The notes: a model not told the origin generated them from the sequence alone. A stretch of 64,000 bases of DNA from Bacteroidales bacterium (GCA_031286165.1 JAITUU010000001.1:15189-79188), one strand, 5' to 3'. Numbered from the stretch's first letter, positions 9,379 through 20,488 are shown. Translations and numbers: made by a program.

Positions 9379-10491
9379 ATGAACCGCTACAAAAATCAAC
9401 TACAAGACCTGAAAGAACAGGGAAATTATCGCGCTTTGCGGAGTGCTGTTCCTCAAAATTGTGTAAATTTGAGTTCCAATGATTATTTGGATTTGTGCGC
9501 CAATACGGAATTGTATAGTAGATTTATGGCGGAATATTCTCAAAAAATGCTGCCCTTTTCGGCGGCATCTTCGCGATTGCTCACGGGCAATAGTGCGCAA
9601 TACGCAGAATTGGAAACGCTTTTGTGTCATATTTTCAGACGTGAAGCGGCATTGGTATTCAATAGCGGTTATCACGCGAATTGCGGTATTTTACCGGTAT
9701 TTGCCGGAAAGCGCGATTTGATAATAGCCGATAAATTGGTGCACGCCAGCATAATAGACGGTATTCGCCTTGCGCAGGCAGATTTTGAACGCTTTCGCCA
9801 TGCTGATTATGCGCATTTGGAGCGGATTTTGGCGGAAAAGCGCGAGCACTACGACAATGTATTTATTGTAACCGAAAGCATTTTCAGTATGGACGGCGAT
9901 TGCGCTGACTTGCGCCGACTTGTGGCATTGAAACAACGCTATGAGTGCTTGCTCTATGTTGATGAGGCTCATGCCTTTGGCGTGTGCGGTGCGCAGGGAT
10001 TGGGCGTGTGCGAAGAACAGGGGTGTATTGCCGATATTGACTTTTTGGTGGCAACGTTTGGTAAAGCAATTGCTTCGCTGGGCGCGTTTGTGCTGTGCTG
10101 CGGCGAATTTCGCGATTATCTCATCAATTTTTCGCGAACGTTGATTTTTACTACTGCGCTTCCGCCTATTAATTTGGCATGGGCTTCGTTTGTAATCAAT
10201 CAATTAGCGAATTTTGGCGAACGCCGCGAAAACTTACGCGCAGTGAGTAACCGATGCGCCGAATTACTCGAAATTCCCTATCAATCGCATATAATTCCTT
10301 ATATTATTGGTAGTAACGAAGGTGCTATTGCGCAGGCGGAAAATTTGCAATCGAAAGGATTTTTTGTGCTGCCCATTCGCTATCCTACCGTGCCAAAAAA
10401 TACGGCGCGTTTGCGTTTTTCACTTCATGCCGGTTTGCGCATGAGCGATGTGGAACGATTGGTACACGAATTAAAAATGACGAAATTATGA
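9379..10491 (+). CDS. bioF: 8-amino-7-oxononanoate synthase (alpha-oxoamine synthase family)
   Basis: NLSSNDYLDL, HASIIDG, SIFSMDGD, YVDEAHAFG and the PLP-lysine motif ATFGKA are present. Assigning BioF rather than another AOS family member is an inference. Confidence 0.7.
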   Translation: MNRYKNQLQDLKEQGNYRALRSAVPQNCVNLSSNDYLDLCANTELYSRFMAEYSQKMLPFSAASSRLLTGNSAQYAELETLLCHIFRREAALVFNSGYHANCGILPVFAGKRDLIIADKLVHASIIDGIRLAQADFERFRHADYAHLERILAEKREHYDNVFIVTESIFSMDGDCADLRRLVALKQRYECLLYVDEAHAFGVCGAQGLGVCEEQGCIADIDFLVATFGKAIASLGAFVLCCGEFRDYLINFSRTLIFTTALPPINLAWASFVINQLANFGERRENLRAVSNRCAELLEIPYQSHIIPYIIGSNEGAIAQAENLQSKGFFVLPIRYPTVPKNTARLRFSLHAGLRMSDVERLVHELKMTKL

Positions 10492-10548
10492 TACTTTTTT
10501 TACCTCATTGCAAACGCAGTGAAACAATCTACAAGAAAGGCGGAGCCT

Positions 10549-11193
10549 TCAGATTTCAAAAAGTCCGTTTCTGATAGCGAAAATTACCAATCCTGCGGTG
10601 TTGTGCGCATGAGTTTTGAGGAGTAAATTCTCGCGATGTTTATCTACCGTGCGCTTGCTGATAAATAGTTTTTCGGCAATTTCGGCATTGGAAAATCCCT
10701 TGCAAATATTGTATAGAATTTCAATTTCGCGCTCGGTGAGTTCACTTTGTTGCATTTTTTCGGCTTGTCGGCGATTCATGTTGCCAATAATAGCCTTTAA
10801 AATAGTGGGCGAAAAGTAATTTTTCCCTTCCAAAACTTCGGAAATAGCGCGTTGCACATCATCAAAATTGGAATTTTTGAGTAAAAAACCGCAGGCTCCG
10901 GCATCTATCATGCGTGTGTAGTAGTGCTCGTAGCCATACATAGAAAGTGCAATAATTTTTACATCGGGTTTTTGTGCAAGAATTGTTTTTGTGGCAGTAA
11001 CACCATCCATCTGCGGCATTTCTATGTCCATCAGTACCACATCAACATTGTTTTGTTTCATAAATGCGAGAAATTCCACACCATTTTCTGATTCGCTGAT
11101 GTGTGCCACAAAGGAGCAGCGAGCAAGTAAAAACTTCAATCCTTCGCGAAAAAGCGAGTGGTCATCTACTATGTGTATGTGAATTTGTTTCAT
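10549..11193 (-). CDS. response regulator, NarL/LuxR family
   Basis: Receiver domain (IVDDH ... VVLMDIEMPQMDG ... KIIALS) plus a C-terminal LuxR HTH (LTEREIEILYNICKGFSNAEIAEKLFISKRTVDKH). Confidence 0.9.
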   Translation of the reverse strand: MKQIHIHIVDDHSLFREGLKFLLARCSFVAHISESENGVEFLAFMKQNNVDVVLMDIEMPQMDGVTATKTILAQKPDVKIIALSMYGYEHYYTRMIDAGACGFLLKNSNFDDVQRAISEVLEGKNYFSPTILKAIIGNMNRRQAEKMQQSELTEREIEILYNICKGFSNAEIAEKLFISKRTVDKHRENLLLKTHAHNTAGLVIFAIRNGLFEI

Positions 11194-12137
11194 ATTGAGA
11201 GTGTATCTACGCTTATGTGAGTTTTAAAACCTTTGTTCTTTTGTGTTTCAAAAATGATGCTGCCGTGAATGGATTTTATGCGCGATTGCATATTCAACAT
11301 TCCCATACCGGTAAGTTCTCCGCTATTGTCTTGAAACCCAATGCCATCGTCTGTATAGTCAATGTGTAATGTATTGTATGCCAATCGTATAGCAATGGTA
11401 ATGTGTTGTGCTTGCGCGTGGCGAATGGTGTTTGCAATGAGTTCGCACAATACGCGATATAACACCGTTTCTATGCTGCTATCAAAACGATTGTGCGTTA
11501 TATTCGATTGAATATCAATAGATAACAATTTGTTGTAGCGCAGAGTATCCACAAAATTACGCAGTGCTTTTTCCAACCCAAAATTGCTAAGAATGTGTGG
11601 GCTGAGTTTGTTGGAAATTTCTTTGAGGGTAATAATTGCTTCGTCTATCACGAAATTTGTTTTCTGTATAATTTCCTTATTTTCAGCATTTTCTGCTGAT
11701 TGATTGAGTGCGGAAAGTATCATTTTGATGGACGAAAGTACCGGACCAAGCCCATCGTGCAATTCTTTGGCAAATCGCTGGCGTTCGTTTTCTTCGGTGC
11801 GAATGATGGCGGAAAAAATCGCGGCTTCATTTTTTTTGCGAATATCGTCTATTCGCCGTTGCAAGTCAAAAATTTTACGAATGTAAAACGAACCTATGCA
11901 ACTTAAAAGTGCAATAAAAAGAGAAAGAATGATAGAAATAATTGATTGTTTATCAATTATTTCCATTGTTATAGTGTATATCAAATCGAAAATATTTCGC
12001 AGCGCAAGCAGCAAAAATGCAATTGAAATGAGAATCCACGATACGTTGAATTTAGTGCGCTTGATTAAACTGAACGCAAAAAATGCCGCAACACATTGCA
12101 GAAGAATAGATACGCTGAGGATAAGGATATAAATCAT
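11190..12137 (-). CDS. sensor histidine kinase (HisKA_3 type)
   Basis: N-terminal TM helices, the H-box FAKELHDGLGP and an ATPase G-box (DDGIGF ... GMGMLNM). Its stop overlaps the regulator start (ATGA). Start is the ATG at 12137; TTG at 12170 is the alternative. Confidence 0.85.
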   Translation of the reverse strand: MIYILILSVSILLQCVAAFFAFSLIKRTKFNVSWILISIAFLLLALRNIFDLIYTITMEIIDKQSIISIILSLFIALLSCIGSFYIRKIFDLQRRIDDIRKKNEAAIFSAIIRTEENERQRFAKELHDGLGPVLSSIKMILSALNQSAENAENKEIIQKTNFVIDEAIITLKEISNKLSPHILSNFGLEKALRNFVDTLRYNKLLSIDIQSNITHNRFDSSIETVLYRVLCELIANTIRHAQAQHITIAIRLAYNTLHIDYTDDGIGFQDNSGELTGMGMLNMQSRIKSIHGSIIFETQKNKGFKTHISVDTLSI

Positions 12138-12257
12138 GAGGCAAAAATACGCCTTAATTGTAAACTGCAATGTCCTCGACGAAGTTAATTGGAAATTATT
12201 TACAATGAAGTTTTTTAATATTTTTGCTCTGTTTCCTATTTCTTAATTCCTAATACA

Positions 12258-12962
12258 TTGAAAAAACCGATTTGCATAGTAGATTCTCGTGCGCCGCAAG
12301 CAGCATTGGCGCGACTTGCTCAGGAATTTGAGGTATTGCCTTTTCGCACCCAGAATATTACTTACGAAGCGGTTTCTTGCCACCCCGATGTGTTTTTGTT
12401 TCAATATTCTGATACTGTGATACTTGCACCGAATATTCCGCACAAATATAAGGAGTTTTTACACAAACGAGGAGTTTCGTTTACAGAAGGAAGTACGGTA
12501 ATTGACGAAACATTTTCTACCTCAGTGGCATATAATTGCGCGGCAACGAAGGAATATTTTTTTCACAAACGAGGATTGACCGAAGAAAAAATTTTGCAAT
12601 GCTTTAAAAATCATGATTTTATACAACTTCCGCAGGCATATACGCGCTGTTCTATGCTTGCGATTGAAAATTGTGCGTTTATAACTTCCGATAACGGAAT
12701 TGAAAAAGTGTTACAATCTCGGAATTTCGATGTGTGTTACATTCGTCCGCAGGAAATTTCCTTACCGCCGTATTCTCATGGATTTATAGGTGGTTGTATG
12801 GGAATTTTCGAGAGGAAAATCTACCTTTTGGGAGCACTCGATTTTTTGCCTGATGGCGAAATGCTGCGAACATTTGCACGGGCTTATGACTATGAAATTG
12901 TGGAACTCTACGAAGGGAAATTGTATGATGGCGGCGGATTGTTTTTTTTGAAAAGCGAGTAG
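12258..12962 (+). CDS. conserved hypothetical protein (possibly pentein/GME-fold, DUF6873-like)
   Basis: 234-aa ORF with coding-like composition and a TTG start. Family assignment is weak, from memory of similar Bacteroidota proteins. Confidence 0.5.
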   Translation: MKKPICIVDSRAPQAALARLAQEFEVLPFRTQNITYEAVSCHPDVFLFQYSDTVILAPNIPHKYKEFLHKRGVSFTEGSTVIDETFSTSVAYNCAATKEYFFHKRGLTEEKILQCFKNHDFIQLPQAYTRCSMLAIENCAFITSDNGIEKVLQSRNFDVCYIRPQEISLPPYSHGFIGGCMGIFERKIYLLGALDFLPDGEMLRTFARAYDYEIVELYEGKLYDGGGLFFLKSE

Positions 12963-13068
12963 GAGAGAGAGAAGATACACCTAACGAAGTACTTACGTGT
13001 AATACGTAAATTAATGCGATTTTAACAATTTATTAACCGCATTTTTTTTGGCGGTATATAATTTTTCG

Positions 13069-13076
13069 TACATTTG
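13069..13076 (+). promoter_or_regulatory. putative -7 promoter box for korAB
   Basis: TACATTTG, 46 nt upstream of the korA ATG. Confidence 0.45.
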
Positions 13077-13121
13077 CCGTTCTATTTTCAGAAGATGTGT
13101 TCATAACAAAAAGCGATAACA

Positions 13122-14963
13122 ATGGGTAAACCACAAGACATAGAATTAGAACAAGCAGTTGTTCGTTTTTCGGGCGATTCCGGCGATGGAATGCAATTAA
13201 CAGGAAGTTTGTTTTCCAATATTTCAGCAGTATTGGGTAACGAAATTTCTACCTATCCCGATTTTCCTTCGGAAATACGTGCGCCACAAGGTGAACTTGG
13301 CGGAGTTTCGAGTTTTCAGGTACATGTGGGCGGAAAAATTCACACGCCCGGTGACCAAGCCGATATTTTAGTTGCCATGAATCCCGCAGCACTCAAAATC
13401 AATGTGAATGCGGTGAAAAAGCATGGTGCCATTATATATGACGTGGATTTGTTTGAGAAAAAAGATTTGGAAAAAGCGGCATTTTCCACCGATAATCCTT
13501 TCTCGGAACTCAATATTTCCGATACTATTCAGTTGATTCCCTTGCAATTAACTACGCTTACTAAGGAATCACTCAAAGATTCGGGTTTGGATAATAAAAC
13601 AATTTTGCGTAGCAAAAATATGTTTGCACTCGGTTTGGTGTGCTGGCTTTTCAACCGCCCTATGGAGCAGGCAATTCACTTTTTGGAAACAAAATTTAAG
13701 AAAAAACAATCGGCATTGGCTATCAACATCAAGGTTTTGACCGATGGATATAATTATGGAAACAACTTGCATTTAACGCTTTCTCGATTTATTATAGAAA
13801 AATCGCACGATGTGCAAAAAGGGCGTTACACCAGCATTAGCGGCAATACCGCTGCGGCATACGGACTGATAGCCGCTGCCGAAAAAGCAGGATTACCGTT
13901 ATTTTTGGGTTCCTATCCTATTACGCCGGCAACCGATATTATGCAGGAATTGGCGGCTCGCAAAGATGTGGGTGCAAAAGTGGTGCAAGCCGAAGATGAA
14001 ATTGCCGGTATTACTACTGCCATAGGCGCGGCATTTGCCGGGAGTTTGGCTGCCACCAACACTTCGGGACCGGGTTTGGCACTCAAATCTGAAGCAATCG
14101 GATTGGCGGTAATGGCAGAATTACCACTTGTAATTATAGATGTACAGCGTAGCGGACCCTCTACGGGTATGCCTACAAAAACAGAACAAACCGACCTTTT
14201 GCAAGCACTCTACGGTAGAAACGGTGAAAGTCCGGTGGTGGTAATAGCGGCGAGTACGCCCGCAAATTGCTTCCACTATGTGTATATGGCAAGTAAAATA
14301 GCGTTGGAACACTCCACGCCGGTAATTGTGCTCACCGATGCTTTTATTGGCAATGGAAATTCACTATGGAAATTGCCGAAATTAGCAGAATTACCCGAAA
14401 TACAACCGAATTTTGTGAAACCCGAAATGCAAGCTTGCAAAGTAACCGCTCGCAATGAAGTTACCAAGGCACGCTATTGGAGTTTTCCCGGTATGGAAGG
14501 ATTTGTGCACAGAAATGGCGGTTTGGAAAAAGATTACGACAAAGGCGCAATTTCTACCGAAGCACGGAATCATGAAAAAATGGTGAAAGTGCGTGCCGAA
14601 AAAGTGCAATATGTGAGCAATAGCATTCCCGATGTGAACATAGTGGGTGATAAAAATGCCGATTTACTTGTAATAGGCTGGGGAAGTACCGAAGGGCATT
14701 TAACAAGTGCGGTGGAAGAATTGAATAAACAAGGTAAAAAAACTGCGTTGGCGCAATTTACCTACATTAGCCCCTTGCCAAAAAATGCAGCAGAACTTAT
14801 TCGCTCTTATAAAAAAGTGGTGGTGTGCGAATTAAATACCGGTCAATTTGCTACCTATTTGCGCTCGCAAGTGCAGGGAGTGGAATTTTTGCAATACAAT
14901 AAAATTCAAGGACAACCCTTTACCGTTGCCGAATTAGTTGAAAATGTAAGCACATTGTGCTAA
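13122..14963 (+). CDS. korA: 2-oxoglutarate/2-oxoacid:ferredoxin oxidoreductase subunit alpha
   Basis: 613 aa. VRFSGDSGDGMQLTG, GSYPITPATDIM and GAAFAGSLAATNTSGPGLALK are typical of the KorA/OorA type. Confidence 0.85.
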   Translation: MGKPQDIELEQAVVRFSGDSGDGMQLTGSLFSNISAVLGNEISTYPDFPSEIRAPQGELGGVSSFQVHVGGKIHTPGDQADILVAMNPAALKINVNAVKKHGAIIYDVDLFEKKDLEKAAFSTDNPFSELNISDTIQLIPLQLTTLTKESLKDSGLDNKTILRSKNMFALGLVCWLFNRPMEQAIHFLETKFKKKQSALAINIKVLTDGYNYGNNLHLTLSRFIIEKSHDVQKGRYTSISGNTAAAYGLIAAAEKAGLPLFLGSYPITPATDIMQELAARKDVGAKVVQAEDEIAGITTAIGAAFAGSLAATNTSGPGLALKSEAIGLAVMAELPLVIIDVQRSGPSTGMPTKTEQTDLLQALYGRNGESPVVVIAASTPANCFHYVYMASKIALEHSTPVIVLTDAFIGNGNSLWKLPKLAELPEIQPNFVKPEMQACKVTARNEVTKARYWSFPGMEGFVHRNGGLEKDYDKGAISTEARNHEKMVKVRAEKVQYVSNSIPDVNIVGDKNADLLVIGWGSTEGHLTSAVEELNKQGKKTALAQFTYISPLPKNAAELIRSYKKVVVCELNTGQFATYLRSQVQGVEFLQYNKIQGQPFTVAELVENVSTLC

Positions 14964-15081
14964 TATGCAAATACACAATAATTTAAAATAATGAAATAAT
15001 ACGCCAAAAGATAATAGAAATACGCCGAATTAAAAATAATTAGCATATTGACATATTGGGAATTGGCACATTTTACAGATT

Positions 15082-16095
15082 ATGGAAGAAATAAAACAAT
15101 ATAGCGCAAAAGATTTTAAAAGCGACCAATACGTGCGTTGGTGTCCCGGTTGCGGCGACCACGCGCTGGTGAATGTATTACAAAAATCTATGGCAGAAAT
15201 TGGCATTGCGCCACATGAAACTGCTGTAATTTCGGGCATCGGCTGTTCTTCGCGCTTGCCGTATTATATGAATACCTACGGATTTCACACCATTCACGGA
15301 CGTGGAGCAGCGGTGGCTACGGGCGTAAAAGTTGCCAATCCTAATCTTACCGTGTGGCAAATTACCGGCGATGGCGACTGCTTGGCAATTGGAGGAAATC
15401 ATTTCATTCACAGCGTTCGCCGTAATGTGGATTTGAATGTATTGTTGTTCAACAATCAAATTTATGGTTTAACCAAAGGACAATATTCGCCAACCTCGAA
15501 AAAAGGACTCGTAACAAAATCTTCGCCTTTCGGCACAGTGGAACGCCCATTTCGTCCGGCAGAATTAACATTTGGTGCTCGCGGAACTTTCTTTGCCCGC
15601 ACTCTCGATGTTGATTTACAAACGGCGCAAACGGTGCTTACTGCTGCCGCGCAACACAAAGGTACTTCGGTGGTGGAATGTTTGGTAAATTGTGTGATTT
15701 TCAACGATGGAGCGCATGGCTGGTTAGCCGATAAAGCAAATCGCGCAGATAGAAGTATAGTGCTCGAACACGGGAAACCTATGATTTTTGGTTCTAATAA
15801 AGATAAAGGTTTGGTGCTCGAAGGTTTCAATTTGAAAGTAGTAAGCATAGGAGAGCATGGCGTGAAAGAAAGTGATATTTTAATTCACGATGCCACCTGC
15901 GAAGATGCTACGCTCCACCAAAAACTTGCCATGATGGAAGGTCCCGATATGCCGATTGCTATGGGTGTTATTCGTCAAGTTGCTGCCGAAACCTACGATG
16001 CTGCGGTGGAAAATCAAATTAAAGAAATTCAAGCACAAACAAGTATTAAAAATTTCGATGACTTGGTAGATAGCCTCGAACAGTGGGAAATATAA
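15082..16095 (+). CDS. korB: 2-oxoglutarate/2-oxoacid:ferredoxin oxidoreductase subunit beta
   Basis: WCPGCGDH cysteine motif and the TPP-binding motif ITGDGDCLAIGGNH. Confidence 0.85.
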   Translation: MEEIKQYSAKDFKSDQYVRWCPGCGDHALVNVLQKSMAEIGIAPHETAVISGIGCSSRLPYYMNTYGFHTIHGRGAAVATGVKVANPNLTVWQITGDGDCLAIGGNHFIHSVRRNVDLNVLLFNNQIYGLTKGQYSPTSKKGLVTKSSPFGTVERPFRPAELTFGARGTFFARTLDVDLQTAQTVLTAAAQHKGTSVVECLVNCVIFNDGAHGWLADKANRADRSIVLEHGKPMIFGSNKDKGLVLEGFNLKVVSIGEHGVKESDILIHDATCEDATLHQKLAMMEGPDMPIAMGVIRQVAAETYDAAVENQIKEIQAQTSIKNFDDLVDSLEQWEI

Positions 16096-16174
16096 TTGTG
16101 CGCGAATTGCGTAATTACCTTCGCTGAGGGCTATGCCGTTGCGAGAACGAAGTAATCTAATACAATAAAAAAAA

Positions 16175-16207
16175 AGAGCGAGAAAATTACTTTTCTCGCT
16201 CTTTTTC
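16175..16207. terminator. bidirectional intrinsic terminator (korB / rplT)
   Basis: Perfect 12-bp stem AGAGCGAGAAAA-TTAC-TTTTCTCGCTCT, with an A-run upstream and a T-run downstream. Confidence 0.85.
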
Positions 16208-16227
16208 TGTATAGAATATTGTTGATG

Positions 16228-16575
16228 TTATTTTTTTACAGCCTGCACTATCGCTTTGAATGTGTCTTGGTGATTCATTGCTAAGTCGGCAAGAACTTTT
16301 CTGTTCAATTTGATGTCGGCTTTGATTATTGCACCCATAAATTGAGAATAATTCATTCCATATTTGCGAACTTCGGCGTTGATACGTTGAATCCAAAGTG
16401 CACGGAAATTACGTTTTTTGTTTTTACGGTCGCGATATGCGTACAATAACCCTTTTTCTAAGGCATTTTTCGCAACGGTATATACATTTTTTCTGTCTCC
16501 AAAGTAGCCTTTGGTTTGTTTTAAGATTTTTTTACGGCGTGCTCTCGACGCCACATGATTTACTGCTCTTGGCAT
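16228..16575 (-). CDS. rplT: 50S ribosomal protein bL20
   Basis: [26 protein letters not shown] is the canonical L20 N-terminus. Confidence 0.95.
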   Translation of the reverse strand: MPRAVNHVASRARRKKILKQTKGYFGDRKNVYTVAKNALEKGLLYAYRDRKNKKRNFRALWIQRINAEVRKYGMNYSQFMGAIIKADIKLNRKVLADLAMNHQDTFKAIVQAVKK

Positions 16576-16682
16576 AACTTTAACTGTTTTTAATGATGAG
16601 CGATTAACATCGTGTTAATTCTTAACTGGCTCGTTCATTGTTGTTTATAACTTTTTTTACTGATTTTTTTGTAATTTCACAA

Positions 16683-16877
16683 TTACATTACAAGCATGTG
16701 TTTCACATTTTTTACGTCTGCTTTATCAACAATCGAATCGTGTCCAAGATTACGTTTTTGCTTGGTCTCTTTCTTTGTTAAAATGTGACGTTTAAACGCT
16801 TTTTTTCGCTTGATTTTTCCAGAGCCGGTTATTGTAAACCTTTTTTTCGCGCTGGAATTAGTTTTCATTTTGGGCAT
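16683..16877 (-). CDS. rpmI: 50S ribosomal protein bL35
   Basis: 64 aa and basic. [14 protein letters not shown] is typical of L35, and the gene sits in the infC-rpmI-rplT order. Confidence 0.93.
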   Translation of the reverse strand: MPKMKTNSSAKKRFTITGSGKIKRKKAFKRHILTKKETKQKRNLGHDSIVDKADVKNVKHMLVM

Positions 16878-16916
16878 TTTAATTCACTTTTTATAGTTAA
16901 ACAATTATTTAAAATT

Positions 16917-17444
16917 CTATTTTTTCTTTGGCAGCGGGCTGAGCATAATTATCATGCGCTTTCCTTCCAATCGTGGTTCTTGGTCCACTTTCGCCACATC
17001 TTCCAAATCGGAAATGAAACGTTTGAGCACCTCTTCACCTTGTTCTTTATACAAAATCGAACGTCCTTTGAAAAACACGTATGCTTTTATTTTTGAACCT
17101 TCTTCAATAAATTTTTGAGCGTGTTTGAGTTTGAATAAATAGTCGTGTTCATCGGTATTTGGTCCAAAACGAACTTCTTTTACCACTACTTTCACTGCTT
17201 TTGCCTTTATTTCTTTTTGTTTCTTTTTTTGTTCGTACAGAAATTTCTGAAAATCAACTATTCGGCACACTGGCGGCTCTGCATTGGGAGAAACTTCTAC
17301 AAGGTCTAATTCACGTTCATCGGCTAAGCGCAATGCTTCGGTTATAGAGAATACTCCTTGCGGCGCGTTCTCGCCCACCAATCGCACTTCGCGAGCACGA
17401 ATACCCTGATTAATTCTAAATTTTGCTGCTAATTCATCTGCCAT
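16917..17444 (-). CDS. infC: translation initiation factor IF-3
   Basis: [34 protein letters not shown] and the C-domain [13 protein letters not shown]. Confidence 0.93.
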   Translation of the reverse strand: MADELAAKFRINQGIRAREVRLVGENAPQGVFSITEALRLADERELDLVEVSPNAEPPVCRIVDFQKFLYEQKKKQKEIKAKAVKVVVKEVRFGPNTDEHDYLFKLKHAQKFIEEGSKIKAYVFFKGRSILYKEQGEEVLKRFISDLEDVAKVDQEPRLEGKRMIIMLSPLPKKK

Positions 17445-17471
17445 AGATTGACTTTTTGGTTATATTTTGTG

Positions 17472-19412
17472 TTAGTTAATGTTCATCATTTGTTGTATTT
17501 CGTGCGAAAATTGCGCTATAAAATCTTCAATTTTCATAATGCCTTTGTCGCCCTCGCCTTGTTTTCTCACCGAAATTGTACCATCATTTGCTTCGTTTTC
17601 ACCCACAATGATAAGGTAAGGAATACGTTTCAACTCATTGTCGCGTATTTTTTTTCCCACTTTTTCGTTTCGTTCATCTACGAGGCTGCGAATATCGGAA
17701 TTATTTAGCAAATTCAAAACTTTTTTTGCATATTCGTTATATTTCTCACTCACCGGTATTACCACAGCCTGCTCAGGAGTGAGCCACAGCGGGAATTTTC
17801 CGCCGGTGTGTTCTATCAATACCGCCACAAATCGTTCCATAGAACCAAAGGGTGCGCGGTGTATCATTACCGGACGGTGGCGTTGGTCATCGGATCCAAT
17901 ATACTCTAAATCAAATCGTTCGGGCAAATTATAATCTACTTGAATAGTACCCAACTGCCAGCGGCGACCTATGGCATCTTTTATCATGAAGTCCAATTTT
18001 GGTCCGTAAAATGCCGCTTCGCCGTATTCTACTATGGTTTCCAATCCTTTTTCTGCGGCGGCTTCTATAATTGCTCGCTCGGCTTTTTCCCAATTTTCAT
18101 CGCTACCTATATATTTTTCGGTATTGTTTTTGTCGCGCAGCGATACTTGTGCTTCAAATTCTTTGAAATCCAATGCTTTGAATATGTGGAAAATAATGTC
18201 GATTACTTTGCAAAATTCTTCCTTCAACTGTTCCGGCGTGCAGAAAATATGTGCATCGTCTTGCGTAAATCCGCGCACACGAGTTAATCCGTGCAATTCG
18301 CCGCTTTGTTCGTAGCGATACACCGTTCCAAATTCTGCCAAACGCAGAGGTAAATCTTTGTATGAACGTGGTTTGAATTTATAAATTTCGCAGTGATGCG
18401 GGCAGTTCATGGGTTTGAGCAAAAATTCTTCGCCTTCGGCAGGTGTGTGAATCGGCTGAAAGGAATCTTTGCCGTATTTGGCGTAATGCCCCGAAGTTAC
18501 ATAGAGTTCTTTTTGCCCTATGTGCGGTGTCATTACTTGACTGTATCCGTGTTTGCGTTGCACGTTTTTCAAAAATTGTTCCAATCGCTCGCGCAAAAGT
18601 GTGCCTTTGGGTAACCACATGGGTAAGCCCTGACCAACTCGCTGCGAAAACATGAACAATTCCATTTCTTTGCCTATTTTGCGATGGTCGCGCAATTTTG
18701 CTTGTTCCAGTAATTCCAAATATTCATCGAGTAGTTTCTTTTTTGGGAAAGAAATACCGTAAATACGGGTTAATTGTTTGCGTTTTTCATCGCCGCGCCA
18801 GTATGCACCGGCTACGTTGAGCAATTTTACGGCTTTTATCACTTCGCTATTTGCAAGGTGAGGACCTTTACATAAATCGGTGAAATTTCCTTGCGTGTAG
18901 TACGTAATACTGCCGTCTTCCAAATCGTTGATAAGTTCCACTTTATACGTTTCGCCACGATTGGAAAAATATTCCAAAGCATCTTTTTTACTCACATCTT
19001 TGCGGGTAAAATCGAGTTTTTTGCGAGCGATTTCGAGCATTTTATTTTCTATCGTTGCCAAATCTTTTTCGACAATCACGCGGTCGCCGGCATCTACATC
19101 GTAGTAAAATCCATTTTCTATAGCCGGACCAATGCCGAATTGTATGCCCGGATACAATTCCATTAAGGCTTCTGCCATAAGGTGCGCCGAAGAGTGCCAA
19201 AATGCGTGTTTCCCTTCTTTGCTGTCGAATTTATGAAGTTCTATGTGAGCATTTTCGGTAATGGGGCGAGTAATGTCCCACGCTTGGGAATTAACGGTTG
19301 CTGCCACTATATCGCGGGCTAATTGCGGACTAATAGCCTCAGCAATTTGCAGCGGAGTACTTCCTTTGGCAAATTCTCGTGTGCTATTGTCGGGAAACGT
19401 TATCTGTATCAT
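17472..19412 (-). CDS. thrS: threonine--tRNA ligase
   Basis: TGS N-terminus ([14 protein letters not shown]), editing motif HSSAHLM and class II motifs ([26 protein letters not shown]). First ATG at 19412; the track start at 19445 is TTG. Confidence 0.93.
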   Translation of the reverse strand: MIQITFPDNSTREFAKGSTPLQIAEAISPQLARDIVAATVNSQAWDITRPITENAHIELHKFDSKEGKHAFWHSSAHLMAEALMELYPGIQFGIGPAIENGFYYDVDAGDRVIVEKDLATIENKMLEIARKKLDFTRKDVSKKDALEYFSNRGETYKVELINDLEDGSITYYTQGNFTDLCKGPHLANSEVIKAVKLLNVAGAYWRGDEKRKQLTRIYGISFPKKKLLDEYLELLEQAKLRDHRKIGKEMELFMFSQRVGQGLPMWLPKGTLLRERLEQFLKNVQRKHGYSQVMTPHIGQKELYVTSGHYAKYGKDSFQPIHTPAEGEEFLLKPMNCPHHCEIYKFKPRSYKDLPLRLAEFGTVYRYEQSGELHGLTRVRGFTQDDAHIFCTPEQLKEEFCKVIDIIFHIFKALDFKEFEAQVSLRDKNNTEKYIGSDENWEKAERAIIEAAAEKGLETIVEYGEAAFYGPKLDFMIKDAIGRRWQLGTIQVDYNLPERFDLEYIGSDDQRHRPVMIHRAPFGSMERFVAVLIEHTGGKFPLWLTPEQAVVIPVSEKYNEYAKKVLNLLNNSDIRSLVDERNEKVGKKIRDNELKRIPYLIIVGENEANDGTISVRKQGEGDKGIMKIEDFIAQFSHEIQQMMNIN

Positions 19413-19514
19413 ACTTTCGGTATTCTGAATAAAATTGGAGTGCAAAGATATGAATAATTGTAAATTAGAAAAGATAAATTATAAATTATTTGCGCCACGA
19501 TTGAATATTTTGAC

Positions 19515-19522
19515 TACTTTTG
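19515..19522 (+). promoter_or_regulatory. putative -7 promoter box
   Basis: TACTTTTG, 22 nt upstream of the ATG at 19544. Confidence 0.4.
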
Positions 19523-19543
19523 TGGCAATAAAAACATGTGTGC

Positions 19544-19966
19544 ATGACACCAAATCCTATGTATGAACATTTACGGAACAATCCGCACCTTTCGTGTGTG
19601 ATACAAAATGGCACGGAAATTCGCGAATTTTGCAGACGAGGCGTGGTTGATTTGTTTGATTTGACACAGAATGAACCGGAATTTTTGCATGGAGCAACGG
19701 TTGCCGACAAAATTGTGGGAAAAGGTGCTGCGGCTTGTATGGTTCTTGGCGGAATTAGTGAATTATATACAAATAGCATAAGCCGCGCGGCACTGAAATT
19801 GTTGCAAACGGCGAATATTCCGGTTTTTTACGAACAGTGCGTAGATACCATACAAAATCGCACGCGCACCGATATATGTCCGGTGGAAAAATTGTGTTCC
19901 ACTACCGACAATGTTCCTGAAATGATAGAATTAATACGGAATTTTTTGAATACAACATCAAAATAA
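19544..19966 (+). CDS. DUF1893 (TM1506-like) domain protein
   Basis: VADKIVGKGAAACMVLGGISELYTNSISRAALKLL ... IQNRTRTDICPVEKL resembles the DUF1893 family. This is recognised from memory. Confidence 0.55.
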   Translation: MTPNPMYEHLRNNPHLSCVIQNGTEIREFCRRGVVDLFDLTQNEPEFLHGATVADKIVGKGAAACMVLGGISELYTNSISRAALKLLQTANIPVFYEQCVDTIQNRTRTDICPVEKLCSTTDNVPEMIELIRNFLNTTSK

Positions 19967-19972
19967 AAACCT

Positions 19973-20488
19973 ATGAAATCAATAGCACTCACGTACCCTG
20001 TTTCGGTGTCGCTGCGCAATGCGAAAACATATTTGTTTGCGCTTTTGTTTACCGCCGGCAATGTTTTGTTTCCCCTGCTTTTTCACGCTATTCCGCAGGG
20101 TGGACACATTTTCTTACCCATTTTCTTTTTTACCCTTATCGGTGCTTTTCAATATGGACTGTGGGTGGGAGTATTCACCGCACTATGTTCGCCGCTGCTG
20201 AGCCACGCGCTTATGGGAATGCCCGCAGGTATTATGCTCCCCATAGTGATGGCAAAATCCATAATTCTTGTACTCTGCGCACGTGCGGCGGTGCGATATT
20301 TTCAAAAAATTTCATTACCTGTCATTGTCTTGGCGGTGGCAGCAAGTCAAGTGCTTGGTTTTGTAGCGGAGTGGATTATCGCAGGCAATATTTCGCAGGC
20401 AATTCACGATGTATATATGGGTATTCCGGGAATGTTGCTGCAAATCGCAGGAGCGTATTTGATACTTTCGGTTTTGAATAAAAAATAA
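19973..20488 (+). CDS. integral membrane protein, ECF-transporter S-component-like
   Basis: 171 aa with about 5-6 hydrophobic helices, 6 nt after the DUF1893 gene. The S-component assignment is tentative. Confidence 0.5.
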   Translation: MKSIALTYPVSVSLRNAKTYLFALLFTAGNVLFPLLFHAIPQGGHIFLPIFFFTLIGAFQYGLWVGVFTALCSPLLSHALMGMPAGIMLPIVMAKSIILVLCARAAVRYFQKISLPVIVLAVAASQVLGFVAEWIIAGNISQAIHDVYMGIPGMLLQIAGAYLILSVLNKK

